Shown here: positions 1-9,719 of the stretch, piece by piece
Position numbering within the stretch: the first letter of the stretch is position 1
Layout: each line of letters begins with the position of its first letter
Source: Candidatus Heimdallarchaeota archaeon
GTDB lineage: Archaea; Asgardarchaeota; Heimdallarchaeia; Hodarchaeales; Hodarchaeaceae
Assembly (NCBI GenBank): GCA_011364965.1
Contig: RDOB01000003.1
Coordinates: 464,939 to 528,938 of the forward strand
Direction: 5' to 3'
Length of the DNA stretch: 64,000 nucleotides
The notes under the pieces: generated by a model
Databases searched by the model: none
What the model was told of the DNA's origin: nothing
The model's input: only the letters and a program-made list of their open reading frames with translations
Translations under genes and position numbers: made by a program

Positions 1-285
1 TCCAATCCCCATGGAAAGCCCATCAGCTAAAAGATTAGCGAATCCAAGTATAATTACTATAAAAATATTCAAAGCTGCTCCAGTTACGCCGCAAACAACT
101 GCAAAAGTTGTTATTATTCCATCCAGTCCTCCATAAATTATACTTTTGATATATTTTCCCTGTTCAGTTTTGTGTTCTTCTGCAGGGCATTTCATATCAT
201 GTGCTGCGATAGATTTTTGAACATCTCCAAGTTTATAGGCTGTTTTAGCTTTGTGTAAATCCCGTTGTGGACACATATCATCCAT
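1..285 (-). CDS. VIT1/CCC1 family Fe2+/Mn2+ transporter (N-terminal part; runs off window start)
   Basis: Not in the ORF track. Manual reverse translation gives [14 protein letters not shown]...[53 protein letters not shown], containing the VIT1 hallmarks [13 protein letters not shown] and [20 protein letters not shown] at 286-290; the true start may be the ATG at 276. Confidence 0.9.
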   Translation of the reverse strand, partial: MDDMCPQRDLHKAKTAYKLGDVQKSIAAHDMKCPAEEHKTEQGKYIKSIIYGGLDGIITTFAVVCGVTGAALNIFIVIILGFANLLADGLSMGIG

Positions 286-357
286 CACCTTATTTTTTAA
301 GTTCTGAACTCCAGCATATATTTATTTTTGATGAAGAAAGATAGGATCCCCATTTGA

Positions 358-377
358 CTGTTCACACTAGTGAACAG
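358..377. promoter_or_regulatory. Perfect 8-4-8 inverted repeat CTGTTCAC-ACTA-GTGAACAG, candidate operator between divergent VIT1 and P-type ATPase
   Basis: Read directly from the sequence; lies in the 175-bp divergent intergenic region. Confidence 0.55.
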
Positions 378-460
378 AATATCTTTATTGAAAAGGCAAA
401 AAAAGGGAAATGTGAGTATATCTTTCAATTTTTGCACCCCTAAATGGAAGAAAATTAAAA

Positions 461-3400
461 ATGGATTCCCAATTCATAGATTTCTGGAATGAAGGCCTAA
501 ATTCTACTGAAGTTATCAAAAAAAAGGCGATTTATGGCGAGAATCGGTTACCAGAGAAAAAAGGCCGAAGTACTTTTATGATTTATATTTCTCAATTTAA
601 AAACCCGTTGATATACATTATTTCTCTTGCAGCAATAATATCCCTTCTCTTGGAACAATATGAAGATACATTTATCATTATATGTGTTATTCTTCTGGAT
701 ACTGTTATTGGATTTTTCCAAGAATATAAGGCAGAGCAAACAATGGTTGCCTTGCGGAATTTACTCAAACCAATAGCTAAAGTGATTAGAGATGGAAAAA
801 TTCTAGAAATTTCGACAACTGAACTTGTACCCGAGGATATTGTAATAATCAATCAAGGAGATAAATTTCCTTCGGATGGGATACTAATAGAATCGCTCAA
901 TCTCTCCGTGAATGAAGCCATCCTTACTGGGGAGAGTGAAGCAATAGTTAAAGCGACTAAAGATTTAGTTTATATGGGTACAACTGCTTTGTCTGGACGG
1001 GGGGTAATGAAAGTAGTGAATATAGGCACCAAAACTGAACTTGGAAAGATTGCGACATCACTTTCCGATATTGGGGAAGAGGAAACACCCTTACAGCTAA
1101 AGTTAGAAAATTTTGGAAAATCTCTTACTTATATCGTAATATTGATCAGCTTGAGCATTTTTGCCATAGGAGTAATATTAAAGTTTAACATTTTTGAAAT
1201 GATTAGAATGTCGGTTGTTTTGGCTATTGCTGCAATTCCAGAAGGACTGATTATTGCTGTTACTATGATTCTAGCAATTGGAATGAGAAAAATTCTGCAG
1301 AAAAACGGGCTTGTCAAAAAATTATTAGCAGTTGAAACCCTTGGGTCTGTCTCTACCATTTGTACGGATAAAACTGGTACATTAACGGAAGGAAATATGC
1401 AAGTTGTCCGCTCTGATTTTAAATCAGAGAAAATGGCTGCATATGCAATGGCTTTATGTAATAATTTAGAAGATTCGTTAGAAATTCAGCTTTGGAATTA
1501 TGTTCAAACGTTAGGAGAAGATTCAGAGCGATTAACACGTAATTTCAAAAGAATTCATGAAATTCCATTCTCAAGTGATTATAAATTTATGTTAACGACA
1601 AATCAAATAGATGGAGAAGAGGTAAGTTTAATCAAGGGAGCTCCAGATATTGTCTTAGAGTTCTGTACAATAGAAAAAGGCGAGAAGACGCAAATTTACA
1701 CACAATTAGAAGAATGGGCAGGTTCTGGTTTAAAACTTCTTGGATTAGCGTACAAAAAAGATGGTAATATAAAAGAGGTGGAAGGATTTACATGGATTGG
1801 ACTTATTGGTTTTGAAGACCCCATTCGGCCTTCAGTTAAGGAAGCTATAGCTCTATGTCAGCGTGCAGGGATAAAAGTCAAGATTATAACTGGAGATTAC
1901 CAACGAACTGCAATTAAGGTCGCATCAAATCTTGGATTATCTGTTGGACAAGATAAAGTCATTAGTGGAGAGGAAGTAGAAAAATTATCTGATACAGAAT
2001 TATTAGAAATTGTTGAAGCTATTATCATATTTTATCGAGTTACTCCTCAACATAAATTAAGAATTGTAACAGCTCTTCAAAAATGTGGGGAAATTACTGC
2101 AATGATAGGCGATGGAGTAAACGACGCGCCTGCCTTAAAAAAAGCGAATATTGGAGTTTCCGTGGGAGGTGCAACAGATGTGGCTCAAGAAACAGCAAGC
2201 TTAATTCTTCTTGACCATAATTTCAAAACACTAGTTGATTCAGTAGAAGAGGGAAGAATTGTTTTTGACAATATAAAGAAAGTTGTCTCATTTGTGCTAT
2301 CAAACTCGTTTGCTGAAATCTTTACGATTTTTGGATCATTCATTTTAGGATGGCCGACGCCTTTAACAATCGCTCAAATTCTTTGGATTCATTTGATATG
2401 TGATGGACCTTCAGATGTAGCTCTCGGATTTGAAAGAGGAGAAAAAGGGATAATGGATGAACCACCTAGAAGAATAGATGAGAATATTCTGGACGCGAAG
2501 GGAAAGGTTCTTATTGCATCTATCAGTACAGTTTCAGCATTATTATGCCTAAGTATTTATGGTTATTTCCATCTTGTAGTAGGGAACCAAATATTAGGAA
2601 GTACATTAGTATTTGCAATATTAGGAATTCAATCGCTAATCTACATCTTCTCTTTTCGCAGTCTCAGACTTCCAATATTTAAATCTGGTAATTTTCTCTC
2701 TAATAAACCATTGGTCTTTTCAGTAGTATTAGGAATAAGTCAGATTCTTATTGGCCTTTATTTCCCCTTTTTCAGTGATATCCTAAATGTTACACCTCTC
2801 TATGTAAATGATTGGATAATTGTAATTTCAGTTTCTTTTTTAATGATCTTTATTGTTGAAATGGTTAAATATTTTGATCATCGAAGAAATCTCACCTCAC
2901 CCTACCAAAATATCATCACAAATATTCGAAAAGTGGAGGAAAAACTACCTGAAATTCATAATCTACATAATATCACGCTTGATATAATGGAAGATAAGAC
3001 CCTAATTCAATTCCATTTCAATATTCCGGCTGAAACAACACTCGAGATTGCCCATGAAGTGGCAAGAGGGATCGAAAATTTGATCGTAGAAGAAATCCCA
3101 CAATCAATTCGAAAAAGTATAGAGATTATTAGCCACATTGAGCCAGTTTCTGAAGAACCTCGAAAAATCCATTCACATCCCACACCTACTCCATCTCGAT
3201 CAATCAGAGAAATAATTCAAGCATCAATAAAAGAAATCCCGGAAATTAAAAATTGGGGACGTGAAACTGTACTTCAAGATAATGGTAATACTTCAATATC
3301 AATAGTAATTTATCTAGATGGAAATTTGAACATAAACCAAGTGCATGATTATACGGAAAAATTGGAAACGATCCTTAGAAGGAATATCCCCTCTTTAAAA

Positions 3401-3466
3401 CGCTGCATTATTCACTCAGAGCCATTGAAAGAATTCTCAGGAGGAATGAGAACATCTATATCTTAA
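461..3466 (+). CDS. P2-type (SERCA/PMR1-like) cation-transporting ATPase with two C-terminal CDF/ZT_dimer-like domains
   Basis: TGES, PEGL, DKTGTLT, KGAP, DPIRP, TGD and GDGVNDAPALKKA motifs; C-terminal ~180 aa contain two repeats of the cation-efflux cytoplasmic domain pattern (..AHEVARGIE..HIEP; ..VHDYTEKLE..IIHSEP). Confidence 0.93.
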   Translation: MDSQFIDFWNEGLNSTEVIKKKAIYGENRLPEKKGRSTFMIYISQFKNPLIYIISLAAIISLLLEQYEDTFIIICVILLDTVIGFFQEYKAEQTMVALRNLLKPIAKVIRDGKILEISTTELVPEDIVIINQGDKFPSDGILIESLNLSVNEAILTGESEAIVKATKDLVYMGTTALSGRGVMKVVNIGTKTELGKIATSLSDIGEEETPLQLKLENFGKSLTYIVILISLSIFAIGVILKFNIFEMIRMSVVLAIAAIPEGLIIAVTMILAIGMRKILQKNGLVKKLLAVETLGSVSTICTDKTGTLTEGNMQVVRSDFKSEKMAAYAMALCNNLEDSLEIQLWNYVQTLGEDSERLTRNFKRIHEIPFSSDYKFMLTTNQIDGEEVSLIKGAPDIVLEFCTIEKGEKTQIYTQLEEWAGSGLKLLGLAYKKDGNIKEVEGFTWIGLIGFEDPIRPSVKEAIALCQRAGIKVKIITGDYQRTAIKVASNLGLSVGQDKVISGEEVEKLSDTELLEIVEAIIIFYRVTPQHKLRIVTALQKCGEITAMIGDGVNDAPALKKANIGVSVGGATDVAQETASLILLDHNFKTLVDSVEEGRIVFDNIKKVVSFVLSNSFAEIFTIFGSFILGWPTPLTIAQILWIHLICDGPSDVALGFERGEKGIMDEPPRRIDENILDAKGKVLIASISTVSALLCLSIYGYFHLVVGNQILGSTLVFAILGIQSLIYIFSFRSLRLPIFKSGNFLSNKPLVFSVVLGISQILIGLYFPFFSDILNVTPLYVNDWIIVISVSFLMIFIVEMVKYFDHRRNLTSPYQNIITNIRKVEEKLPEIHNLHNITLDIMEDKTLIQFHFNIPAETTLEIAHEVARGIENLIVEEIPQSIRKSIEIISHIEPVSEEPRKIHSHPTPTPSRSIREIIQASIKEIPEIKNWGRETVLQDNGNTSISIVIYLDGNLNINQVHDYTEKLETILRRNIPSLKRCIIHSEPLKEFSGGMRTSIS

Positions 3467-3548
3467 GAGGAAGTATTCTTCAAAAATTCTCATACAATTT
3501 TAAAAACAACTTAATAAGAATATATCTTCAGGATAGATGAATGTATCT

Positions 3549-4055
3549 TTACAGGGAAATAACCTCTCCATACTTTCCCCGCGTAAATGTAAGCATTTTT
3601 GGGTATTCCTGTTGTTTCCAAGACTCATCGATCAGGAGTGCTACCACACGTGCTAGGAAAAGATCATGTGTTCCTAAAGGGATTATCTGTTCAATTTTAC
3701 ATTCCATATTGACAGGGCAAGCCTCAATCGCCGGAACTGCCACTTTATGACTTTTTCTTTTTATAAAGTGACATTCATCCCATTTATTAACTTCTTTCCC
3801 TGACTTCGTTCCACAGAACTTCACTTGCTTAAGCATATCGATAGTTGGAAAATTTACTACACATTCTTTTGAATTTTTTAGTATTAAATTTGAATATCTG
3901 TTAGGACGGATACTTAATGAGAGAATAGGCGGATCGGAACAGGATGTTCCAACCCATGCAAGTGTTATAATGGACTCACGGGTTTCATCCTGCACCGACA
4001 CTAAAACAACAGGATTTGGGTAAAATGCTGAATTTGGGTTTTCTTCTATCTTCAT
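3549..4055 (-). CDS. Flavin reductase family protein (flavoredoxin-like)
   Basis: YPNPVVLVS, PPILSLSIRPNRYS, CGTKSG, GTHDLF motifs; GAGGTGA RBS upstream. Confidence 0.9.
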   Translation of the reverse strand: MKIEENPNSAFYPNPVVLVSVQDETRESIITLAWVGTSCSDPPILSLSIRPNRYSNLILKNSKECVVNFPTIDMLKQVKFCGTKSGKEVNKWDECHFIKRKSHKVAVPAIEACPVNMECKIEQIIPLGTHDLFLARVVALLIDESWKQQEYPKMLTFTRGKYGEVISL

Positions 4056-4277
4056 TTATTCACCTCAAAACCACAGCTTATGGGTTATATGTATCTTCTA
4101 CTTTTTTTTGCGAAAGTTAGAATTATCTCAAGTTGGCAGATCCAACTAAAAAATGTTATGAATAAAGATGGTTGAAATAGATCCAAGGATATATTGCAAC
4201 CAATATTATAATTTATTTTATCCCTAGATAGCTGAATTGAGGAAAATTCTTTGAATAATAAAATAGGAAGACAAAAA

Positions 4278-4817
4278 CTATTTGTACATTTTTAGTAGAT
4301 TATATTTATGAGGATTAACTTCCTTAATCATCTCTGCAGCAGCATTTGTATTGAGTTTAATTAATTCATCCATTTTTGTCTCTAATTCGCTTGGTTCTTT
4401 AGTTTTAGTCGCGATAGAATAAAAATTAGACCATATTTGATCTTCAACTAGAGGGAGAGCTTTTTTTGCATTGATCTTGAAAATTGGGGCAAAGGTATCT
4501 TTAAATTCTTGTTTCCCTTTAGAATTTCCCACAGCAAAATGAAGGACTTTCCAAATGTGTTCTTTAGCTTTTCCTGTATCAATTTGGACGATAGAGCCTA
4601 ATTCCTCCTTTAATGCTTCCTCATTCTCACTAGATGTCGCTAGTTTGTGAATAGACGTCCAAAAATGTCCTTCATGAAGTTTAATAACTTCCCTTTCGCG
4701 AATTTCAAAAATTGATTGATATTTATCTCGAAATTCCTGTGCATTTCCTGTTTCCCCGATTGTATCACAAACAAGCATCCAAAAATGTTCTTTTATTTTA
4801 TCTTGATATTTTCCCAT
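4278..4817 (-). CDS. Hypothetical helical repeat protein (internal 76-aa duplication)
   Basis: HFW/HFW/HIW/QIW motifs at W13, W53, W89, W129; no recognised family. Confidence 0.75.
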   Translation of the reverse strand: MGKYQDKIKEHFWMLVCDTIGETGNAQEFRDKYQSIFEIREREVIKLHEGHFWTSIHKLATSSENEEALKEELGSIVQIDTGKAKEHIWKVLHFAVGNSKGKQEFKDTFAPIFKINAKKALPLVEDQIWSNFYSIATKTKEPSELETKMDELIKLNTNAAAEMIKEVNPHKYNLLKMYK

Positions 4818-5116
4818 GTAAGTGTCACCATTGGTTATTTAATTATTAATAATGGTTGATATTTGATTATTAATTTAGCTATATTGCTTTTATTAAAAAA
4901 ATATTATCCCTTATTTCTTATAGATTAAGTAGTTTAGCTTCTCAAGTCATTCTAGATTTGCTTCAAGAGCTTTGAATATGTGTGCTTTTTTCCTCTGCCG
5001 TATTCATCGAATTTTCGATAAAAATTCTGTTCTTTTTCATATTCACCATGGTACCATAACATGAACAGTCAACGTATAGTATAGTATAATAAACGAATCT
5101 TTATGAAAAAAGCTAC

Positions 5117-6082
5117 CTACTCAAAATTCTGCATAAGGAATGTAAGCCGATCTATACCTGCTTGGATTAGATCGGGTCGATCATGATCAAGACCAAATAG
5201 GATATAAGGAAGAAATGTAGTTTTAAACAAAAATTTCATTCGATCACGGATATTTGGATCAATATATTCCGTGTAGGTAGATAATATTGACTGAAGAAAT
5301 ATCTCGCCTTCATTAAAAAATAAGAGATCAACAGCAGGATCATAAAGTCTGGTATCTTCAAAATCAATAATACCTGTGACTGTATATGTTTGTGGATCGA
5401 TTAATATGTTTGTAGTATCAAAATCACAGTGACAGAGGGCGGGAAGAAACTCAATCTCTGACTCTAAAGTAAAAAAGTCTTTAAATTGATGTATGCTCCA
5501 TTCTTGTTGTAATTGAGAGAGAAATGGAAAAACACGAGTCCGAAGAACTTTATATTGATGTCGGTGTTGTTGCATATATTGAGAGACAGAAAAGGAAGAA
5601 CTAGAGGTAGCCCAATCAAAAGCATTAGAGAAACTGGAATAGTATCGAGTAAGAGAAATATCATGGAGTTCAGATAAAAATTTACCAATTTGCTGGCCTA
5701 TAAACACTGATTGGTCTGTTGACAGTTGGGAAAATAGTTTGGAAAGGGAGACCCCAGGAATTTTCTGATAACCTATGTATGGCAAATTGGGATCAGAAGA
5801 GATAAATTCAGGATTTGGGATTGTAGAAGTTAAGAATTCTTTTAGAAAAATGAGGGTCTCAACCTCCCTTTTGATAATCTGAACTCCTGATTCATTTCGT
5901 AAAGAACGATCAGGAAACCGAAAAATAAGATTCTGAGAGTCATGAGTAACTTCATATACATTATATGTCCCATGATATAAGAAATGAACCTCGGATTCAC
6001 TCACTTTTGGAAAATGTGTCTTCAAACACGAAAGAACAGCGTCAATTGGAATATCAGAAGGATTATTTTCTTCAAAGAACAT
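5117..6082 (-). CDS. Aminoglycoside phosphotransferase (APH)/choline kinase family protein
   Basis: IFRFP, Brenner-type HCDFDTTNIL and GIIDFED motifs. Confidence 0.88.
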   Translation of the reverse strand: MFFEENNPSDIPIDAVLSCLKTHFPKVSESEVHFLYHGTYNVYEVTHDSQNLIFRFPDRSLRNESGVQIIKREVETLIFLKEFLTSTIPNPEFISSDPNLPYIGYQKIPGVSLSKLFSQLSTDQSVFIGQQIGKFLSELHDISLTRYYSSFSNAFDWATSSSSFSVSQYMQQHRHQYKVLRTRVFPFLSQLQQEWSIHQFKDFFTLESEIEFLPALCHCDFDTTNILIDPQTYTVTGIIDFEDTRLYDPAVDLLFFNEGEIFLQSILSTYTEYIDPNIRDRMKFLFKTTFLPYILFGLDHDRPDLIQAGIDRLTFLMQNFE

Positions 6083-6154
6083 ATTAAAACACTAAACCTG
6101 GGAAATCATAATGGAATTGAGAATGGAATCCAGAAGGACTGTTTGCTAATAAAC

Positions 6155-6766
6155 CTATTTTCTTCGACGAGCTACTTTTACCCCTATTCCTAATATAATC
6201 CCGCAAATCAATACTCCACACAAAAGCGTTAATGTCCACGTAAATGCATGCTCAAAAGCGAAACGTAATATCGCCCAAGGTAAAGTTATAAATGCAGCAA
6301 ATAAATCAATAATAAGAATACGTAAGCCCCATTTTTGCCACCACCATACACGGTCTAATAAAAGGGTTTTTCCTTCCAATACCTTCATATGGGCAAGACC
6401 AGCTTGAATATAACATGCATAAGAGAACATAGCCATCAGAAATAAAACAATAAAAATAGTTAACATGTATGAGAAGTGAGTAGGCCAGTAAAGTTCCACA
6501 AAATTCGTTGGTAAAGCCTCTTGTATAGCTTTTGCAATTCCAAACTGATCTCCAATGAGTTCTTCAAGGAAAGCGTACTGATCAGATTCTCTTCGTTCAA
6601 CATTAACAGAAACCAAAAATATAGCTGCTGTGAGGAAAAATCCAGCAAGAATGGCCGCTGCTGTTGAGAAGTGGCCTAGTAAATCCAAAGCTGATTCCTT
6701 TACTAGTAACGTTTGATCATAATCACGTTTTAATTGATCTTCAGAGGACAATTCTTCACGCTCCAA
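6155..6766 (-). CDS. Hypothetical membrane protein (about 4 TM)
   Basis: Several hydrophobic segments, basic C-terminus; TTG start uncertain. Confidence 0.7.
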   Translation of the reverse strand: MEREELSSEDQLKRDYDQTLLVKESALDLLGHFSTAAAILAGFFLTAAIFLVSVNVERRESDQYAFLEELIGDQFGIAKAIQEALPTNFVELYWPTHFSYMLTIFIVLFLMAMFSYACYIQAGLAHMKVLEGKTLLLDRVWWWQKWGLRILIIDLFAAFITLPWAILRFAFEHAFTWTLTLLCGVLICGIILGIGVKVARRRK

Positions 6767-6935
6767 AAATTGGGATAAAAATGTGTTGTATCATTCTTAA
6801 GTGTTTACATGAAATAATGTGGTATAATCTGCTAAATTATATTTGGAGCTCCCAACTATATCGAATTCGCTAAGTAATATTTGAATTTGCCTAGAAGGTA
6901 TATTATATATTATTGGTGACTCATGCATTTATGTT

Positions 6936-7307
6936 ATGGAATCAGAAATAAACCAAATTCAAGAAACCATTGGAAAATACGTTTCAGGTGTTACTAAAGG
7001 TCATCATAACGAAGTAATGCAAGCATGGCATATTAATGGAAGGCGAATGATAGTTGACAGGGAACAAGGACAAATTATCTTTGAAAACAGCCCCGCCAGT
7101 GCGGAATATGCTGATCTAATCCCCTCCTCAGAAGTAAAACAGAGTGCACAAATTGAAACTATTGAACACACAAGTACAACGGCATATGTTAAGTTAAAAT
7201 GGACGATTACAAGTCCTCATTGGAAAGGGAAATGTATTGATTATTTACTGTTAGTTAAACCGAAAGATACATGGATTATTGTCTCGAAAGTATCCCATAA
7301 AGAATGA
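6936..7307 (+). CDS. NTF2-like/putative lumazine-binding (SnoaL-like) protein
   Basis: I.ETI.KY..G, DYLLLVK...W.IVSK pattern. Confidence 0.8.
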   Translation: MESEINQIQETIGKYVSGVTKGHHNEVMQAWHINGRRMIVDREQGQIIFENSPASAEYADLIPSSEVKQSAQIETIEHTSTTAYVKLKWTITSPHWKGKCIDYLLLVKPKDTWIIVSKVSHKE

Positions 7308-7322
7308 TAGGGGAATTCGAGA

Positions 7323-9161
7323 TTATTTTTTCTTATTGTGGGCTTTCTTGGTTAATCTTTTTTGTTCACGGAGATAATACAATCCTCCCAATAGAAAAAG
7401 AATACTGATTGAAAAGATAACTGCTGTACTCAAGTTAAAGTCTAGCGAAACAAAATCACTTGCATCATTAATAACATTTCCGTTAAAAATTCTTTGAATA
7501 GTTACTAATTTGGTATTATACCCTGAAATCCAGTCAGTTGAACTAACCAAATCAGCTTGTAAGAGAAAGCCTGTTACTGGATCGAAGTAGAACGAATATT
7601 GAGATTGATTAGTAATTGATGAATAAACCACGGTATTGACTGAAATATTCCGTTCTACACCATTTACATGCCAAGGAATATAATTCTGGGAGATATTTGC
7701 ATAAGGAGTAAATCCAGAAAATGGATATGAAGAATTTAAGTCATTATTTACTAGTTCAATCCAATCATGGTTAGCTGTATTATTAGGGAAAAAAAATGAT
7801 CCAAAGAGAAAGAAAGTAGATTGTGAGGAGAGATCTTCCTCTTCATCCCATGAAATTATAAGTTTAGCTTTAGAATTAATACCTAATGAAGTAGAAATAG
7901 GAGCTTCAAACTCCATTCCAAAAATAGCATACCAAATAAAACTCATATTCCCAAATTCGGGAAAATTTATTGCTTGAGTAACAGAATGAGGCCATGAGGA
8001 TACCCCTTCAGGCTTTGTGTTGAATTTATAATAAACAGGCAAATCACGTCCAGGAAGAGGATAGTCGACATTAGGCGAAGGAATTACAGGATAGGTTCGT
8101 GGAATAATTGTAGTTATCCCAATACAAATCAAAATGAAAAGTACTTTAGTCAAATTTTTCGAAACAGATATTGTTAGAGGGCTAGGAAAATTACGAGTTT
8201 TTAGAGTCTTTATCAGAGATCCTATCAAAACCAAAGATAAAATGAAGGAAAGAAATAACAAAAAAATATGAATTACTATTGACTGAATAAAAAAATCCAG
8301 ATACTCGGCAGGAGAGGGAATATATGTATAATACCAATCAGGAGAGTAACTTCTCGAAGTTTTATTAACACTTCGGTTAACAATATCAGTTAGACGGTAA
8401 CCATGACTTGTTATAACAGCAATTGCAGAGAATATAAACGAAATAAAAATTGCTGTGGGGACTGAAAGTTTGATAGATCGTGAATAACCTAAATAAAGAA
8501 ATATTCCGATTACGATGAGTCCACTGAGAATGACTTGAACATATTGTGAAACCGAGGTGACGCTCATTCCTGTTACGGAAGGATTCTGAGTAATATACGA
8601 AGGGACATCACCATGTTGACTAAGATAAAAATAATTTTGGTTGGAGGGATAAACGGTAACTTGATAAATCCCAGGGAAAAGAAAGAATAATGTCTGGATG
8701 ACCCCAACAGAGATGAAAATGAATAAAACACATAATATTGAAGTGAAAATGGGATTTTCGTGGAGTTTGAACCATTGATTCTTATCGTGTGTAAAAGTTG
8801 CGATTTTTAAAAGGAGATTATCTAGTCCTTTTGAAACTTTTATCAGTAAGGATTCAACGGGATAGAGGAACTTTAACTCTGTTGGTAATTCCTTTACATT
8901 CATGGATGGAATAATGTCCTTGGAATGATATTCTTGAATCACTCGCTCAACAATTTTTTTCACAGGCTCACAATTGGATAAAACAGTAACCTCAGCATCC
9001 TCAGAGGATAATCCTGGTTCCTGTACGAGTATTTCATCATACATAGAATAAAGTTGATCTTCGAGATTATCAAGAAATTCATCTACAAATACTTGAGAGA
9101 CTTTTTTATTGAGAAGCTTCTTTTTAATTTGAGAAATATACTTTTCAATTAATTTAGTCAT
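7323..9161 (-). CDS. Multi-pass membrane protein with N-terminal HAAS-like helical domain and C-terminal extracellular domain
   Basis: N-terminus IEKYISQIKKKL..EFLDNLEDQL..GLSSEDAE..L resembles HAAS; several TM helices; abuts PadR gene. Confidence 0.7.
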   Translation of the reverse strand: MTKLIEKYISQIKKKLLNKKVSQVFVDEFLDNLEDQLYSMYDEILVQEPGLSSEDAEVTVLSNCEPVKKIVERVIQEYHSKDIIPSMNVKELPTELKFLYPVESLLIKVSKGLDNLLLKIATFTHDKNQWFKLHENPIFTSILCVLFIFISVGVIQTLFFLFPGIYQVTVYPSNQNYFYLSQHGDVPSYITQNPSVTGMSVTSVSQYVQVILSGLIVIGIFLYLGYSRSIKLSVPTAIFISFIFSAIAVITSHGYRLTDIVNRSVNKTSRSYSPDWYYTYIPSPAEYLDFFIQSIVIHIFLLFLSFILSLVLIGSLIKTLKTRNFPSPLTISVSKNLTKVLFILICIGITTIIPRTYPVIPSPNVDYPLPGRDLPVYYKFNTKPEGVSSWPHSVTQAINFPEFGNMSFIWYAIFGMEFEAPISTSLGINSKAKLIISWDEEEDLSSQSTFFLFGSFFFPNNTANHDWIELVNNDLNSSYPFSGFTPYANISQNYIPWHVNGVERNISVNTVVYSSITNQSQYSFYFDPVTGFLLQADLVSSTDWISGYNTKLVTIQRIFNGNVINDASDFVSLDFNLSTAVIFSISILFLLGGLYYLREQKRLTKKAHNKKK

Positions 9162-9527
9162 TTAAATCCCCTTTCTAGTTTGAATTTGGCGTAAAACTGC
9201 ATTTACAAACGTTTCTAACTCCTGCCATTTCATTAACCAACTAAATATCTCCTTTTCACCCTTAGAAGTTAAGGTATAGAAACGTTTCTTTCTATTAGAA
9301 GATTTATCTACCCATGTCTCTAAAAAGCCTGAATTAGACATCTTACTTAGCAAAGGGTAAAGAGTTCCCTCAGGAATGGCCTTATCAATTAGATTTTCGA
9401 CAAATTTCTTCATTTCATAGCCATATGATTGATTATTATGAAAACGAACAGCCTCCAAAAGTAAATATGGAACAAGATTAGCAAAGATATCTCTTTCAAG
9501 ACGTTCATCTAATGACATGGGAATCAC
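9162..9527 (-). CDS. PadR family transcriptional regulator
   Basis: SYGYEM, EGTLYPLLSKM, KRFYTLTSKG motifs. Confidence 0.93.
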   Translation of the reverse strand: MIPMSLDERLERDIFANLVPYLLLEAVRFHNNQSYGYEMKKFVENLIDKAIPEGTLYPLLSKMSNSGFLETWVDKSSNRKKRFYTLTSKGEKEIFSWLMKWQELETFVNAVLRQIQTRKGI

Positions 9528-9719
9528 AGAAGGAATTTTTCATAGAAATCCGATGTATCGACTATCTATGTATCGATGCGCGAGAGTATAAAAATCTACT
9601 GATGATTGCATTTCTTTTCTATGGCTTTATAAAAGTGAACGAAACTTATAGGCTTTAGGGAATAGGTAAACTGAGTATTTAAAGTTCATTTTTGGATTTG
9701 GGATTTCTTTCCAATTTTC

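Noticed and set aside
4130-4153. AGTTGG-N5-CCAACT hairpin next to an A-run as terminator
   Set aside because: The T-run precedes rather than follows the hairpin on the transcribed (minus) strand, and the stem is short
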